This document shows positions 1 through 9,534 of a stretch of DNA of 46,761 bases, piece after piece. Positions within the stretch are counted from its first letter, which is position 1. Every line of letters begins with the position of its first letter. This DNA is from Promethearchaeota archaeon. Its GTDB lineage: Archaea; Asgardarchaeota; Lokiarchaeia; Sigyniarchaeales; SOKP01. The stretch is from contig JABXKD010000021.1 in NCBI GenBank assembly GCA_013375475.1, positions 1-46,761 on the forward strand, written 5' to 3'. A program made the position numbers and the translations under genes. The notes below the pieces were generated by a model. That model saw only the letters and a program-made list of their open reading frames with translations, was not told the origin of the DNA and ran no database searches.

Positions 1-472
1 CATGAGGTTTTCTTATCGGGGTATCGTCACGTGAAATAAAAACAGAAAAGAAATCATCTAGATTTAATTTGTTTCTAAAAAATTCTAATCTCTCTCCACT
101 CGTATTTGATACGATTCCAAAAATAACTCCTCTTTTTTTTAACTCTTTTAGAATGCTCTCCAGGTTCGGTTTTAAAGTCTCGTATTTTTCGTATTTGGGA
201 AAAGTTTTTCTAAAATTAATAAAAAACAAAACCCGCTTCCATTGACTCGGGATATACTTCTTATATACGCGATAAATGTTAAAAAATGCTTTCAATTTGT
301 TACTCGAATCAGCTTCCTCAAAAAGCCTTGCAAAATCTATCAATCTTAATGGTTCGGTGTTTGTCCAATTATAGAATCTTTTTTTTAAGAATATTGAAGC
401 AGTAAATTCAAGCGCTTTTTGAGTAATTACTACACCGTCGAAGTCGAATAATAAAATTAGAGGATGTGTCAT
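1..472 (-). CDS. HAD-superfamily hydrolase (3' end runs off the window); not in ORF track
   Basis: Manual translation from ATG at 472: MTHPLILLFDFDGVVITQ (motif I DxDG) ... GIVSNTS (motif II) ... FISRDDTPIRKPH (motif III KP); frame is open to the window edge. Confidence 0.9.
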   Translation of the reverse strand, partial: MTHPLILLFDFDGVVITQKALEFTASIFLKKRFYNWTNTEPLRLIDFARLFEEADSSNKLKAFFNIYRVYKKYIPSQWKRVLFFINFRKTFPKYEKYETLKPNLESILKELKKRGVIFGIVSNTSGERLEFFRNKLNLDDFFSVFISRDDTPIRKPH

Positions 473-551
473 TAGTATTACTTAAAATATAGTTTACTTC
501 TTAAATCTAATGAAAATGAAAAAAAAAATTGTTTTACTTTTATGATAAAAT

Positions 552-1202
552 TTAGCCGTCTAATTCATCTGGTTCTACTGATACATAGCTCAATAAATAG
601 TCAATCTGCCTCTGTTTCTTGTTTATGTTTAGTACTGTAGGAAGTGGAATTACGTCTCCTTGGCCTGGCATAAGTGTGATTGATCCTGCGCGTAATATAA
701 AGAATTCAAACACATCTGGGATGGATTTTCTGATTCGCAAACTTTTTGTAGGAATTCTTTCTGCGCTTGAGAAGATTCCGCTTTTATGATAAATTTCGTT
801 TCTTTCAATTTTCCAGTAATCAAATCTCGATCCTAAAACAACGAGTCCTAAAATAAGCGCCATTATAATAGTAACTACTAAGTAGAATTGTGCTGTTAAA
901 CCAGGATTAAAGGTTCCTCCTTCAAGACCAGCAAATATATCTGGTACGAGAAAAACAAGAAGTATAACTACAATGACGGCAACGAGAATTAAAACGAAAA
1001 ATTTCGTACTACTAAAATCGAAAGCAACAATAAACATGTTAACAAAAAAAACAATAAGCCAGACGTTTCCATACCAAGCAACAGGTTCTTCTGGAAGCAG
1101 TTGTAAAAGCCATAGTACTAATGATACGAGCGTCAGCGGCCAGAAAAATATAACTTTTGGATAAGACCTTAAGAAAACTTCGTCTACTGATTTTTCAGAC
1201 AT
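552..1202 (-). CDS. Membrane protein, ~4 TM helices followed by a soluble PH-like (bPH_2-type) C-terminal domain
   Basis: Four hydrophobic stretches, then YWKIERNEIYHKSGIFSSAERIP...AGSITL, resembling bacterial PH-domain membrane proteins. ATG at 1202 preferred over GTG at 1211. Confidence 0.6.
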   Translation of the reverse strand: MSEKSVDEVFLRSYPKVIFFWPLTLVSLVLWLLQLLPEEPVAWYGNVWLIVFFVNMFIVAFDFSSTKFFVLILVAVIVVILLVFLVPDIFAGLEGGTFNPGLTAQFYLVVTIIMALILGLVVLGSRFDYWKIERNEIYHKSGIFSSAERIPTKSLRIRKSIPDVFEFFILRAGSITLMPGQGDVIPLPTVLNINKKQRQIDYLLSYVSVEPDELDG

Positions 1203-1374
1203 TTTAATCACAAATTTTAATTCTTACTTTTTTACAATATAATTGAAGTGATTAACTTCAATATAGAATCTTAGGTTAAAAAATGTTCTTATCAATTATA
1301 TATTAAATAAGTAAAGAAATTAGATTTTTTAAATTCACTACTGAAAGATGTAAATGCGGTTAAAGAATTAATAA

Positions 1375-2127
1375 TTAAAAGAAGCTCTTTATTGACTGAA
1401 CCATTTTATATGAATAATCAATTTGCGGATTTCCGTTATCACTTATCCCCATATGTCCCGGAAGTAAATAATTAACATCTAAATTATTAACAAACTTGAT
1501 TGATTCAATTAACATGTCTAAGGATCCCCCCGGAAAATCATATCTTCCAAAACTCCCTCCCGTAAATACTAAGTCTCCGGGGATTAAAATTTTTTTATTG
1601 GATTCATAATAACAAACTGATCCTCGAGAATGCCCTGGAGTGTAATAAATTTGAAAAGTGAATTCTGAACCTATATTAATCGTTTCATCAATATTCATTT
1701 TTTTGATATCTAATGGAATAATTTCTAAATTAAACATTTTTGGACTGATGCCGAGATTTCCAGGAAAAATTTTTGATTCATTTCCTTGTTCTAATATATC
1801 TGCCGTTTCGCCATACGCATATATTTCAGGAGGATTATTTTTTAGAGTTTTTATCAGCGTGTACAAGCCAAGAACATGATCAACATGCTCATGAGTAAGA
1901 AATACTTTAGTAATTTTTCTATAATCTAATCCCAAATTATTCATACCTTCAAATAAACCCTTTAAGGAAAGCCCATTACCCGAATCAAAAAGCGCTAATT
2001 CACCTTTATTTTTGTCAGTAATTATAAATTGATTACAATCCAACATTGGGTTTTCTTCGAAATAATATACACCTTCAATAACTTTTTTCCCTAATTTTAC
2101 AGAACTCTCAGTACCAGAAAAAAACAT
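1375..2127 (-). CDS. MBL-fold metallo-hydrolase (glyoxalase II-like)
   Basis: THEHVDH (HxHxDH), TPGHSRGS, GDLVF, GRYDFPGGS and LPGH motifs. Confidence 0.92.
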   Translation of the reverse strand: MFFSGTESSVKLGKKVIEGVYYFEENPMLDCNQFIITDKNKGELALFDSGNGLSLKGLFEGMNNLGLDYRKITKVFLTHEHVDHVLGLYTLIKTLKNNPPEIYAYGETADILEQGNESKIFPGNLGISPKMFNLEIIPLDIKKMNIDETINIGSEFTFQIYYTPGHSRGSVCYYESNKKILIPGDLVFTGGSFGRYDFPGGSLDMLIESIKFVNNLDVNYLLPGHMGISDNGNPQIDYSYKMVQSIKSFF

Positions 2128-2234
2128 TTTAAATCCCTATTAGTATTTAACAAAAAAAAAATTGACTTAACTTTAATTTTTTTCTCTTTACTCTTATAAA
2201 AAACAATTAAAATCAAGTATGTTAATTAAATAAT

Positions 2235-2657
2235 ATGGAAGAACCATCTAGTGAAAAATTTGAGGATGATCCTAATATCGAAAAATTAAAAAGTAAAATT
2301 AGTTTTGGAATCAAATTTTGGCTAGAATTTGAAAATGAGGGGCATAAAAACATTTTGGGGTCTGGATGGGCAAATTTACTTGAACATATTGATATTAGTA
2401 ATAACAAGGAGCCTAAATCTTTGACAAAAGCAGCAAAAGAGTGTGGTTACTCTTACAAATACGCGTGGAACATTTTAAATAAAATAAAGGAAAGATCAGG
2501 AAAAACTCCTATAGAAACTAAAAAGGGGGGTCTTGGTGGTGGGGGATGGGTTAAATTAAACGATTGGGGTAAGTATTTATTGAAAACTTATAAAAATCTT
2601 CTAACCGAGTTAGAGGAGATTGAAAAGAAGCTCGAAAAATCTTTAAAAATCGATTAA
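2235..2657 (+). CDS. Stand-alone ModE-type winged-helix transcriptional regulator (no molybdate-binding domain)
   Basis: SLTKAAKECGYSYKYAWNIL HTH and KKGGLGGGGWVKL wing, typical of the ModE N-terminal domain; divergent from the MBL gene. Confidence 0.85.
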   Translation: MEEPSSEKFEDDPNIEKLKSKISFGIKFWLEFENEGHKNILGSGWANLLEHIDISNNKEPKSLTKAAKECGYSYKYAWNILNKIKERSGKTPIETKKGGLGGGGWVKLNDWGKYLLKTYKNLLTELEEIEKKLEKSLKID

Positions 2658-2812
2658 TGAATTTCTTGATTATTAATTTGTTTTTTAATTGTCTAAAAAA
2701 TTAAATATTCTTCTAATATAATATTCTAATATATCGTTCCTCATTTGGAAAAATTATTTAATTAAGGAAAATCATTTTATTATAATATTGTACTAACACT
2801 TAAATTTAGATG

Positions 2813-2820
2813 TTTATATA
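2813..2820 (+). promoter_or_regulatory. Candidate archaeal TATA box for the actin-like gene
   Basis: TTTATATA about 40 nt upstream of ATG 2859; the AT-rich background weakens the call. Confidence 0.35.
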
Positions 2821-2858
2821 AAAGAACATAGACTTTTAAAAATTTTAATTGATCAAGC

Positions 2859-4385
2859 ATGGCAATACCATTACCCGGAACTCCGATTATTGTCGACATT
2901 GGTTCAGCCTACACTAAGATAGGATTTGCGGGAGAGCCCAGTCCTAGGTTTGTTTTTCCAACTATCACCGGTACTGAAAAGTATAAAGCTGTAATGGTTG
3001 ATGTTAGCGCCCGAAATATATACATCGGATCAGACGCTTCAAAAATGCGAGGCGTTCTAAAAATAAAGCACCCTATCGAACGGGGAGCAATAATGGACTG
3101 GAATGATTATTACGAGATCTTAAATTACATTTTTTATTCACTATTAAGAGTTGAAAATCTTTCTCATTATCCCGTTTTGTATACTGAACCTCCGTTTGTT
3201 CAAAGAGAGACTAAAGAGTATATTGCTCGCGTTTTATATGAAACCCACAGAGTAAAAAGTTTAATAATGATTCCAACACCAATTCTTTCTTTATTTAGTG
3301 TAGGACTTACAACTGGAGTAGTAGTAGAGAGTGGTGACGGAACAACTTGGATATGCCCAATTCTGGGTGGAGAAATTGTTGATCAATCAGTACAAAAATT
3401 AACTTTAGCTGGAACAGATGTAAATCAACACTTAAAAAATTTACTTATGAGAGAAGGCATCAATATTGAATCAAGCGCAGTCGATGAAATAATTAAAGAC
3501 ATTAAAGAAAAAAACTGCTTTTTCGCACTCGATCCTAAACACCCTCCAAAGTTAGACGAAAGTTTTAGTTTTACCATGCCAGATGGATCTAATATTAATA
3601 TTCCAAATTATATCTTCCATGAAGCACCAGAAGTATTATTTAAACCTAACTTATTAGGGTATAATATCCTTAACATTCCACAAGCAGTAATAAATAGCTT
3701 GCAAGGTATTGATAAATATTATTGGAGCGATCTTCTTTCACATATTATGATATCGGGTGGAAATCTTTCATATTCTGGATTTGAAGAGCGGTTACGATCT
3801 GAATTGGTCCAATTAATCCCACAACTGGGAAAAATACCAAAACCTAAGATTGTGAAAACATCACGGGAAGAAAGGCAAAAAATGAAATTAAAAGAAAAAT
3901 CACAGAAGAAAGAAGATACATGTCCACACTGTGGTACGTTAGTAGATCTTACTGACGGTAAAGAGTTCTGTCCGTCTTGTAATGGTAGAATCGTTCTACC
4001 AGAGCTTTCAATTGGAAGCGTCAAACTAGATACAAATCCTAAAAGTGAAAAAGGAAAAAGAATTTGCCCTAATTGCAAAAAAAAAGTTGATGATGAAGAT
4101 TCGATTTTTTGCCCCTACTGTGGAAAAAGTTTTCCATTAACAGAGATACCGGAGGTACCTCCTGAGATCGTTAAGAATACTCCTCCTGCTAGAGAATTTT
4201 CTGGTTTTTACGAGGCATCGGAGGAAGTAGTAAGATTCTTTGTTCCCGAACACTTGCAGTTCGCCATTTTTAATGGTGCTAGTATACTCGGAAGCTTACC
4301 GAGTTTTCAAAATCTATTTGTAACTCATGAGCAATTTCAATCCAACAGCGCTACCTTATACAAGAATATTAGTGAAATTTTTTAG
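2859..4385 (+). CDS. Actin-family protein (Asgard actin-related protein) with internal double zinc-ribbon insertion
   Basis: Phosphate-1 IIVDIGSAYTKIGFAGEPSPRFVFP, HPIERGAIMDW, PVLYTEPP, phosphate-2 VVVESGDG, LAGTDVNQHL, MPDGSNI, APEVLFKP, SGGNLSYSGFEERL and C-terminal GASILGSLPSF all align with actin. The insert carries CPHC/CPSC/CPNC/CPYC. Confidence 0.95.
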   Translation: MAIPLPGTPIIVDIGSAYTKIGFAGEPSPRFVFPTITGTEKYKAVMVDVSARNIYIGSDASKMRGVLKIKHPIERGAIMDWNDYYEILNYIFYSLLRVENLSHYPVLYTEPPFVQRETKEYIARVLYETHRVKSLIMIPTPILSLFSVGLTTGVVVESGDGTTWICPILGGEIVDQSVQKLTLAGTDVNQHLKNLLMREGINIESSAVDEIIKDIKEKNCFFALDPKHPPKLDESFSFTMPDGSNINIPNYIFHEAPEVLFKPNLLGYNILNIPQAVINSLQGIDKYYWSDLLSHIMISGGNLSYSGFEERLRSELVQLIPQLGKIPKPKIVKTSREERQKMKLKEKSQKKEDTCPHCGTLVDLTDGKEFCPSCNGRIVLPELSIGSVKLDTNPKSEKGKRICPNCKKKVDDEDSIFCPYCGKSFPLTEIPEVPPEIVKNTPPAREFSGFYEASEEVVRFFVPEHLQFAIFNGASILGSLPSFQNLFVTHEQFQSNSATLYKNISEIF

Positions 4386-4530
4386 ATGAAATTTTATTCT
4401 ATTTAATTCTAGTTTTTAATCGAAATTACATGATAATCTAACTAAAAACTCAAAAGATCGTTAATTTTTAATTATACGCTAAATTTAAAAAATTAAAATT
4501 TAGTTAAAACCAGCTTGGGGTTTTTTTTAA

Positions 4531-5640
4531 TTGAAAAACAGAGTCCGGAATTTATCATTTGCATTATTGTTAATTACTTTAATGTTGAGCATTACACCAA
4601 TAGCATTAGCAAAAACCCGTCAGAGTTATTTAATCGATTTTATATATAAAGATCAAAACAATGACGAAAGTTTTGGCACATCACCTAAGGATACAGCTAA
4701 CGCAATAGAAATTTTGGAAGAATTTAATGCTTATCTTATTGAAGTTCTATTTGAGGGGACTAAAAGCGTTGATATACCTGATTTAAAGGATTACCTCTTT
4801 GATGAAATTCAGACAATGTTTAATACTGAAAATATTGATATCTACAAAATATATCACTATCTAAAAACATTATACACATTAGAGCCGTCGCAGACTTTGT
4901 TAAATGCAACTTTACAAAATAAGATTTATAAATATATAAATAATACTTATCAGATTGGTGGAGGATTTAGTCCTACAAACACATCTAAAGTTGCAAATAT
5001 GGTCTCAACTTACTACATATATAATATATTTAATTTCATTGGAGAAACAGTTGAGAATGAGACTATTCATAAAACTTGGATATTATCATGTAATAATACT
5101 GACGGAGGTTATGGTGGGAACCCAACTTTAGCATCCACATTGATTACTACATATTATGCAGTTTATTTGATGAGTGAGTTAGGAACAGTTAATGATTTAG
5201 CTAATCTAGTGAGTACCCTAAATTACTTTAAATCCCTTTATATTGCTGATTCTAATAATCTTGTGCATTACGGTGGATACTTACCTGATTTATTTGCTGA
5301 AATACCATTATTAGGTAGCACACTCCTCTGCGTTGAAGGAATTAGTTTAATAGATGAGACTGAATTAAATGTTACCGCAACTTCCACTTGGGTGATAGGG
5401 CGCCAAAATTTTCTCGATGGTGGTTTTAGTGATTGGGCTGAAGGAATCGATCAAAGCTATTCTTCTATTAGTACGTCCTATTCTGCTTTTAAAATTTTAC
5501 AAATATTAGATAGACTAGTTTTGTTGGAGGAGGATACCTTCATGGTCGAGTTCGATTTCCTAATCCTTATTATTGTACTTTCAGTCGTAGCAGTAGTCGT
5601 AGTAGCTATTTTTTTGATTTTGCGTAGGAGAAGAATTTAA
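4531..5640 (+). CDS. Secreted, C-terminally membrane-anchored prenyltransferase/squalene-cyclase repeat (alpha/alpha barrel) protein
   Basis: N-terminal signal peptide (TTG start); repeats QIGGGFS, CNNTDGGYGG, YGGY, RQNFLDGGFS; C-terminal TM helix followed by RRRRI; several NxS/T sequons. Confidence 0.8.
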   Translation: MKNRVRNLSFALLLITLMLSITPIALAKTRQSYLIDFIYKDQNNDESFGTSPKDTANAIEILEEFNAYLIEVLFEGTKSVDIPDLKDYLFDEIQTMFNTENIDIYKIYHYLKTLYTLEPSQTLLNATLQNKIYKYINNTYQIGGGFSPTNTSKVANMVSTYYIYNIFNFIGETVENETIHKTWILSCNNTDGGYGGNPTLASTLITTYYAVYLMSELGTVNDLANLVSTLNYFKSLYIADSNNLVHYGGYLPDLFAEIPLLGSTLLCVEGISLIDETELNVTATSTWVIGRQNFLDGGFSDWAEGIDQSYSSISTSYSAFKILQILDRLVLLEEDTFMVEFDFLILIIVLSVVAVVVVAIFLILRRRRI

Positions 5641-5753
5641 ACTTTTTTTATAATTTAATAAGCATATAATAATACTTATTTATTTCAATGTATACCTTGT
5701 TTAACATATACTCGATTTAAAATAAGTTTATTACTTGAAAAGTCAAGATTATT

Positions 5754-6611
5754 ATGGGAAAAATATTAGATGGTAGAGAATTATCGCAGAAATTAAATTT
5801 TGAATTAAAAAAGAATATAAAATTGATTTCAGAAAAAACTGGAGTAAAGCCGAAGTTAGCGGGTATTCAAGTTGGTAATGATCCTGCGTCAGAATTATAT
5901 TTGAACATAAAGAGAAGGAGGTGCACTGAAATTGGAATTGAATCAATTTTAGTAAATTTGAAGCAAGATATTTCAAAAGAAGATTTAATAAATGAAATTG
6001 AAAAGTTAAACGCAGATAACACGGTTCATGGGATAATTTTACAACAACCTCTACCAAAAAAATTTAAACCCTTCACTAAAGATTTTAATGAAATAATCAG
6101 TCCTCTAAAGGATGTAGATGGGCTTCATCCAGTCAATAGGGGTAAATTATTTGACTACAATGAAGATCTTGTGCCCTGTACTCCAAAAGGAATTATAGCG
6201 CTTCTCGAGTATTATGATATAGAAATCAAGGGAAAATATGCTGTTATTATTAACCGCTCAAATTTAGTTGGGAAACCATTAATTTTCATGCTTTTAAAAA
6301 GAAACGCAACAGTATCAATTTGTCACACATCAACGGTAAATATAAATGATTACATTAAGAACGCAGATATTTTAATAACCGCTGTAGGTCAACCAAACTT
6401 CATCACTAAAGAAAAAATAAAAGAAGGTGTGGTTATAATAGATGTAGGCATCAGTAAAGTAAACGGAAAAACATGTGGGGATGTTGATTATCACGGTGTT
6501 TTTAATAAGTGTTCCTGGATTACTCCAAATCCTGGGGGCGTTGGCCCGATGACAGTAAGCTTTTTACTCCAAAACACGTTCTTAACCTATAAAAAACACT
6601 TTAAGATGTAA
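5754..6611 (+). CDS. folD: Bifunctional methylenetetrahydrofolate dehydrogenase/cyclohydrolase
   Basis: ILDGRELS, VHGIILQQPLP, KDVDGLHP, PCTPKGI, RSNLVGKP, NATVSICH, ITPNPGGVGPMT. Confidence 0.97.
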   Translation: MGKILDGRELSQKLNFELKKNIKLISEKTGVKPKLAGIQVGNDPASELYLNIKRRRCTEIGIESILVNLKQDISKEDLINEIEKLNADNTVHGIILQQPLPKKFKPFTKDFNEIISPLKDVDGLHPVNRGKLFDYNEDLVPCTPKGIIALLEYYDIEIKGKYAVIINRSNLVGKPLIFMLLKRNATVSICHTSTVNINDYIKNADILITAVGQPNFITKEKIKEGVVIIDVGISKVNGKTCGDVDYHGVFNKCSWITPNPGGVGPMTVSFLLQNTFLTYKKHFKM

Positions 6612-6743
6612 CTTTTCTAAAATACCGATTTAACTATTTTAAAAAAATAAAAAATCTAACAAACAATTCAGATTATAAAGTGAAGATATTAATATACTTA
6701 CAACCTAATAAGTTTAGGATTAAAATTTGACCCTAATTTAAAA

Positions 6744-7199
6744 ATGGCTATCTTGGAAATTGGTATAAATTTAGGTATCCGGAACCTTTTAAATATAAAA
6801 TATTACGATTCCGATACTGGAGTAGGATTAGATCCCGAACTAAGAGCTGGATTCCTCTCTGCTCTCGAAAGCTTCACTTCAGAAGTATTTGGAGATGATA
6901 TCAATGTTATATCCTTGGCTTCTTTTAAATTAGTTTGCTATTGTGATTTAATTTCTTTACCAAGCGATGAATCTAATAAGCAACCATTGATATCTTTCGC
7001 TATAACTGAAAAGGAAACGGAATCAGGGGTAGTAAAGAAGCATCTAAGTGAAGTTAATTCCCATTTTCTCAATAGATACTCTCTTAACGATATTTTTTCA
7101 AAAAAAGAAAAATTTTTCAAGAAATTTGAAGATAGAATTGATCAAATTATAGGAGATTTAAAACTTAAAACAGAGGATCGGTTTCGATCAATCTTTTAA
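6744..7199 (+). CDS. Small longin-like domain protein (Asgard type)
   Basis: 151 aa with beta-beta, helix LDPELRAGFLSALESFTSEVFG, beta strands, then two helices; this is the pattern of longin/roadblock folds. Confidence 0.6.
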   Translation: MAILEIGINLGIRNLLNIKYYDSDTGVGLDPELRAGFLSALESFTSEVFGDDINVISLASFKLVCYCDLISLPSDESNKQPLISFAITEKETESGVVKKHLSEVNSHFLNRYSLNDIFSKKEKFFKKFEDRIDQIIGDLKLKTEDRFRSIF

Positions 7200-7224
7200 A
7201 CAGATTTTAAGAGAATGTTTTTTA

Positions 7225-8421
7225 ATGAGTTCTAATATTGGACCAGAAGCACAAGCAGCATACCAAAAATATTTGGATGCAAATACTATTGAAGAAAAGA
7301 TTAGGCGTCTGGAAGAGTATCTGTCTTTAATTCCTAAACACAAAGCTACAGAAAAAATAGTTGCTCTAAACAAGTCGCGTCTCGCAAAATTAAGAAGAGA
7401 ACAAGAAGCGCAGAAAACTCGCACAAAATCTATGGGTAAGTTAGTTAGTCCTTTTTCAATAAAAAGAGAAGGACTTCAATTAATTCTAATAAGCGATTAT
7501 TATTCTCCAGGTGTCGGGAAGACTTCCCTCCTGAATTTATTAACAGGGGCTGCTAAAGAAAAGATTGGTAAATTTACTCCTCTTCCTGAAATAGGTATTT
7601 ACGAGTACAATAAAGTTCGCTACCAAATTGTTGATATGCCATCAATTATGGAGGGTGCCGCAAGCGGAATAGGAAACGGTAAAGAAATAATCTCTCAATT
7701 AAGAGCTTGCGATCTTATATGTTTTTGTGTAGACTTATCGCGAAACTATAAAGAGCAAATGGATTTGCTTCTAAAAGAATTAACAGAATCACACATACGG
7801 ATAAATATTCCTCCTCCTCCAATTACAATTAAAAAAACAGGTTCTAATAAGATTCAAGTATTTTATTTAACGAGTGAAGCTAAAGAAAATGATAATATTG
7901 AAGGCTTAACGGAGAGAATTAAAGAGATAACTAGTGCAGGAGGTATTCATAATGGGATTGTTAAGGTTTTCGGAAAAATTGAACTTAATCATGTTGTTGA
8001 TACGCTAAATCCTTCCATAGCATATAAAAAAGCTATAATCTTAGGAACGAAAGGAGATTTATCTCTTACAAAAAATACTTTTTACGACTTGAAAGATCAA
8101 TATTCAGAACATTTTCCTTTAATTATTGGAACGAGTGTAAAAAAAAAGGAGATCCCTGAGGATTTTGGAAAAATTGTTTTAAGTTTTTTGAAAAAAATGA
8201 AGGTATATACCATGAATAAGGGTATTGTATCATCTAAACCACTCCTACTTGACGGTAATCAACCAACAATACGTGATGTAGCCATTAAAATCCACAGAAG
8301 TTTTCTCGAATCATTTGATCACGCAATAGTAATTCGGAAAGATGCCAGACAAGAGAAGAAAAAAGTAGGATTAGATTATGAGTTAAACGAAAATGATATA
8401 ATCGAATTACATACAAAATAG
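7225..8421 (+). CDS. DRG/OBG-family GTP-binding protein with C-terminal TGS domain, divergent G motifs
   Basis: N-terminal EEKIRRLEEYLSLIPKHKATEK helix pair, PGVGKTSL, QIVDMPS, TKGD, and TGS motifs TIRDVAIKIH and VGLDYELNENDIIELH. Confidence 0.88.
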   Translation: MSSNIGPEAQAAYQKYLDANTIEEKIRRLEEYLSLIPKHKATEKIVALNKSRLAKLRREQEAQKTRTKSMGKLVSPFSIKREGLQLILISDYYSPGVGKTSLLNLLTGAAKEKIGKFTPLPEIGIYEYNKVRYQIVDMPSIMEGAASGIGNGKEIISQLRACDLICFCVDLSRNYKEQMDLLLKELTESHIRINIPPPPITIKKTGSNKIQVFYLTSEAKENDNIEGLTERIKEITSAGGIHNGIVKVFGKIELNHVVDTLNPSIAYKKAIILGTKGDLSLTKNTFYDLKDQYSEHFPLIIGTSVKKKEIPEDFGKIVLSFLKKMKVYTMNKGIVSSKPLLLDGNQPTIRDVAIKIHRSFLESFDHAIVIRKDARQEKKKVGLDYELNENDIIELHTK

Positions 8422-8448
8422 AAAGTAGAATAGTGAAAAAGAGCTAAA

Positions 8449-9408
8449 CTAATTCAAATAATCTTCAATATTAGAACTCATTTTTAATAAATTCTGAACA
8501 AGTTCAGAAAACTCATGATCTTCTAGCGTGTTTTTTTCGATGAGTTTACTCGCTAACTCCCGGTAAATTTCCCAACCTGTGTCTTTTATTAATTTTAGTT
8601 TTGTACTAAAGGAATACAAACTAAGATAGGTATTTTTATAATCCCCTAGATGAATTGGTTTATCACCTAAATTGTTAATAGCTTCGTTTAGGGTTGTTTT
8701 AGTTTGTTCCAGATAGTAGTTCAATTTAAATCTAACATCCTTGATTTCATTGTTTAACTTATTTATTTCGTTTTGATACTTGAGAAAGGTTATCTCATCT
8801 TTTAATTTTTCTGATAACTCCACTACAGTTTCAGACATAGCTACTTTTCTTGTTAGATTCGCAGTATTTTCAATTTTATATATAAGGAGATCTCTCTCTT
8901 GGATTAAGTTTTCAACTTTTTCCCTTGAAAGCTGCTTTTTATGAGCCCAAATTGATTTCAACATTTGGTCGGGATGCTCTAACAAAGATTTCCTTACTAC
9001 TTTTACATTCCTTACAATTAATTCTGTAAGCGGGTGCTCTAGTATGTTGAATTCATCTCTATTCCCATCCCATGAAAGAAATAATTGCTCGTACTTAATC
9101 AGTAATTTAATTAATTTTGGAATAACTCTGTTTAAAGTTTTAGTATCTTCCTTATCAGCAATTATAACCATATCAACTTTTATCTTAGGTATTGAAGTAA
9201 TCAAAACGGAATAATCCTTTAATTCTATGTTTGTTATATCTTTTGAACGATCTAACGAATCACCTAATACTAGTTCAGAAACAAAAGTTTTTATTGCTGT
9301 AAAAAAGGAACTAAACATTTCCATTTTTCCAGAACTTATCTCTTGGAAGCTCTTGTCGTATATCAATAAACCTGTGTGACTTTGATAAAGAAAAATAGAA
9401 TAAATCAT
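8449..9408 (-). CDS. N-terminal longin-like domain fused to a helical/coiled C-terminal region
   Basis: MIYSIFLYQSHTGLLIYDKSF...MFSSFFTAIKTFVSEL longin-type start, followed by an all-helical region. Confidence 0.62.
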   Translation of the reverse strand: MIYSIFLYQSHTGLLIYDKSFQEISSGKMEMFSSFFTAIKTFVSELVLGDSLDRSKDITNIELKDYSVLITSIPKIKVDMVIIADKEDTKTLNRVIPKLIKLLIKYEQLFLSWDGNRDEFNILEHPLTELIVRNVKVVRKSLLEHPDQMLKSIWAHKKQLSREKVENLIQERDLLIYKIENTANLTRKVAMSETVVELSEKLKDEITFLKYQNEINKLNNEIKDVRFKLNYYLEQTKTTLNEAINNLGDKPIHLGDYKNTYLSLYSFSTKLKLIKDTGWEIYRELASKLIEKNTLEDHEFSELVQNLLKMSSNIEDYLN

Positions 9409-9534
9409 GTAGTTTTAGAGATATCTTATTAATTTTAATTATTTATCTGAGATTTTAACAACTAATTAATTATCGAATAATATTTTATTTATTAAATTTT
9501 TATCATTAATTTTCTTTTTAAATAAGTAAAAAGA

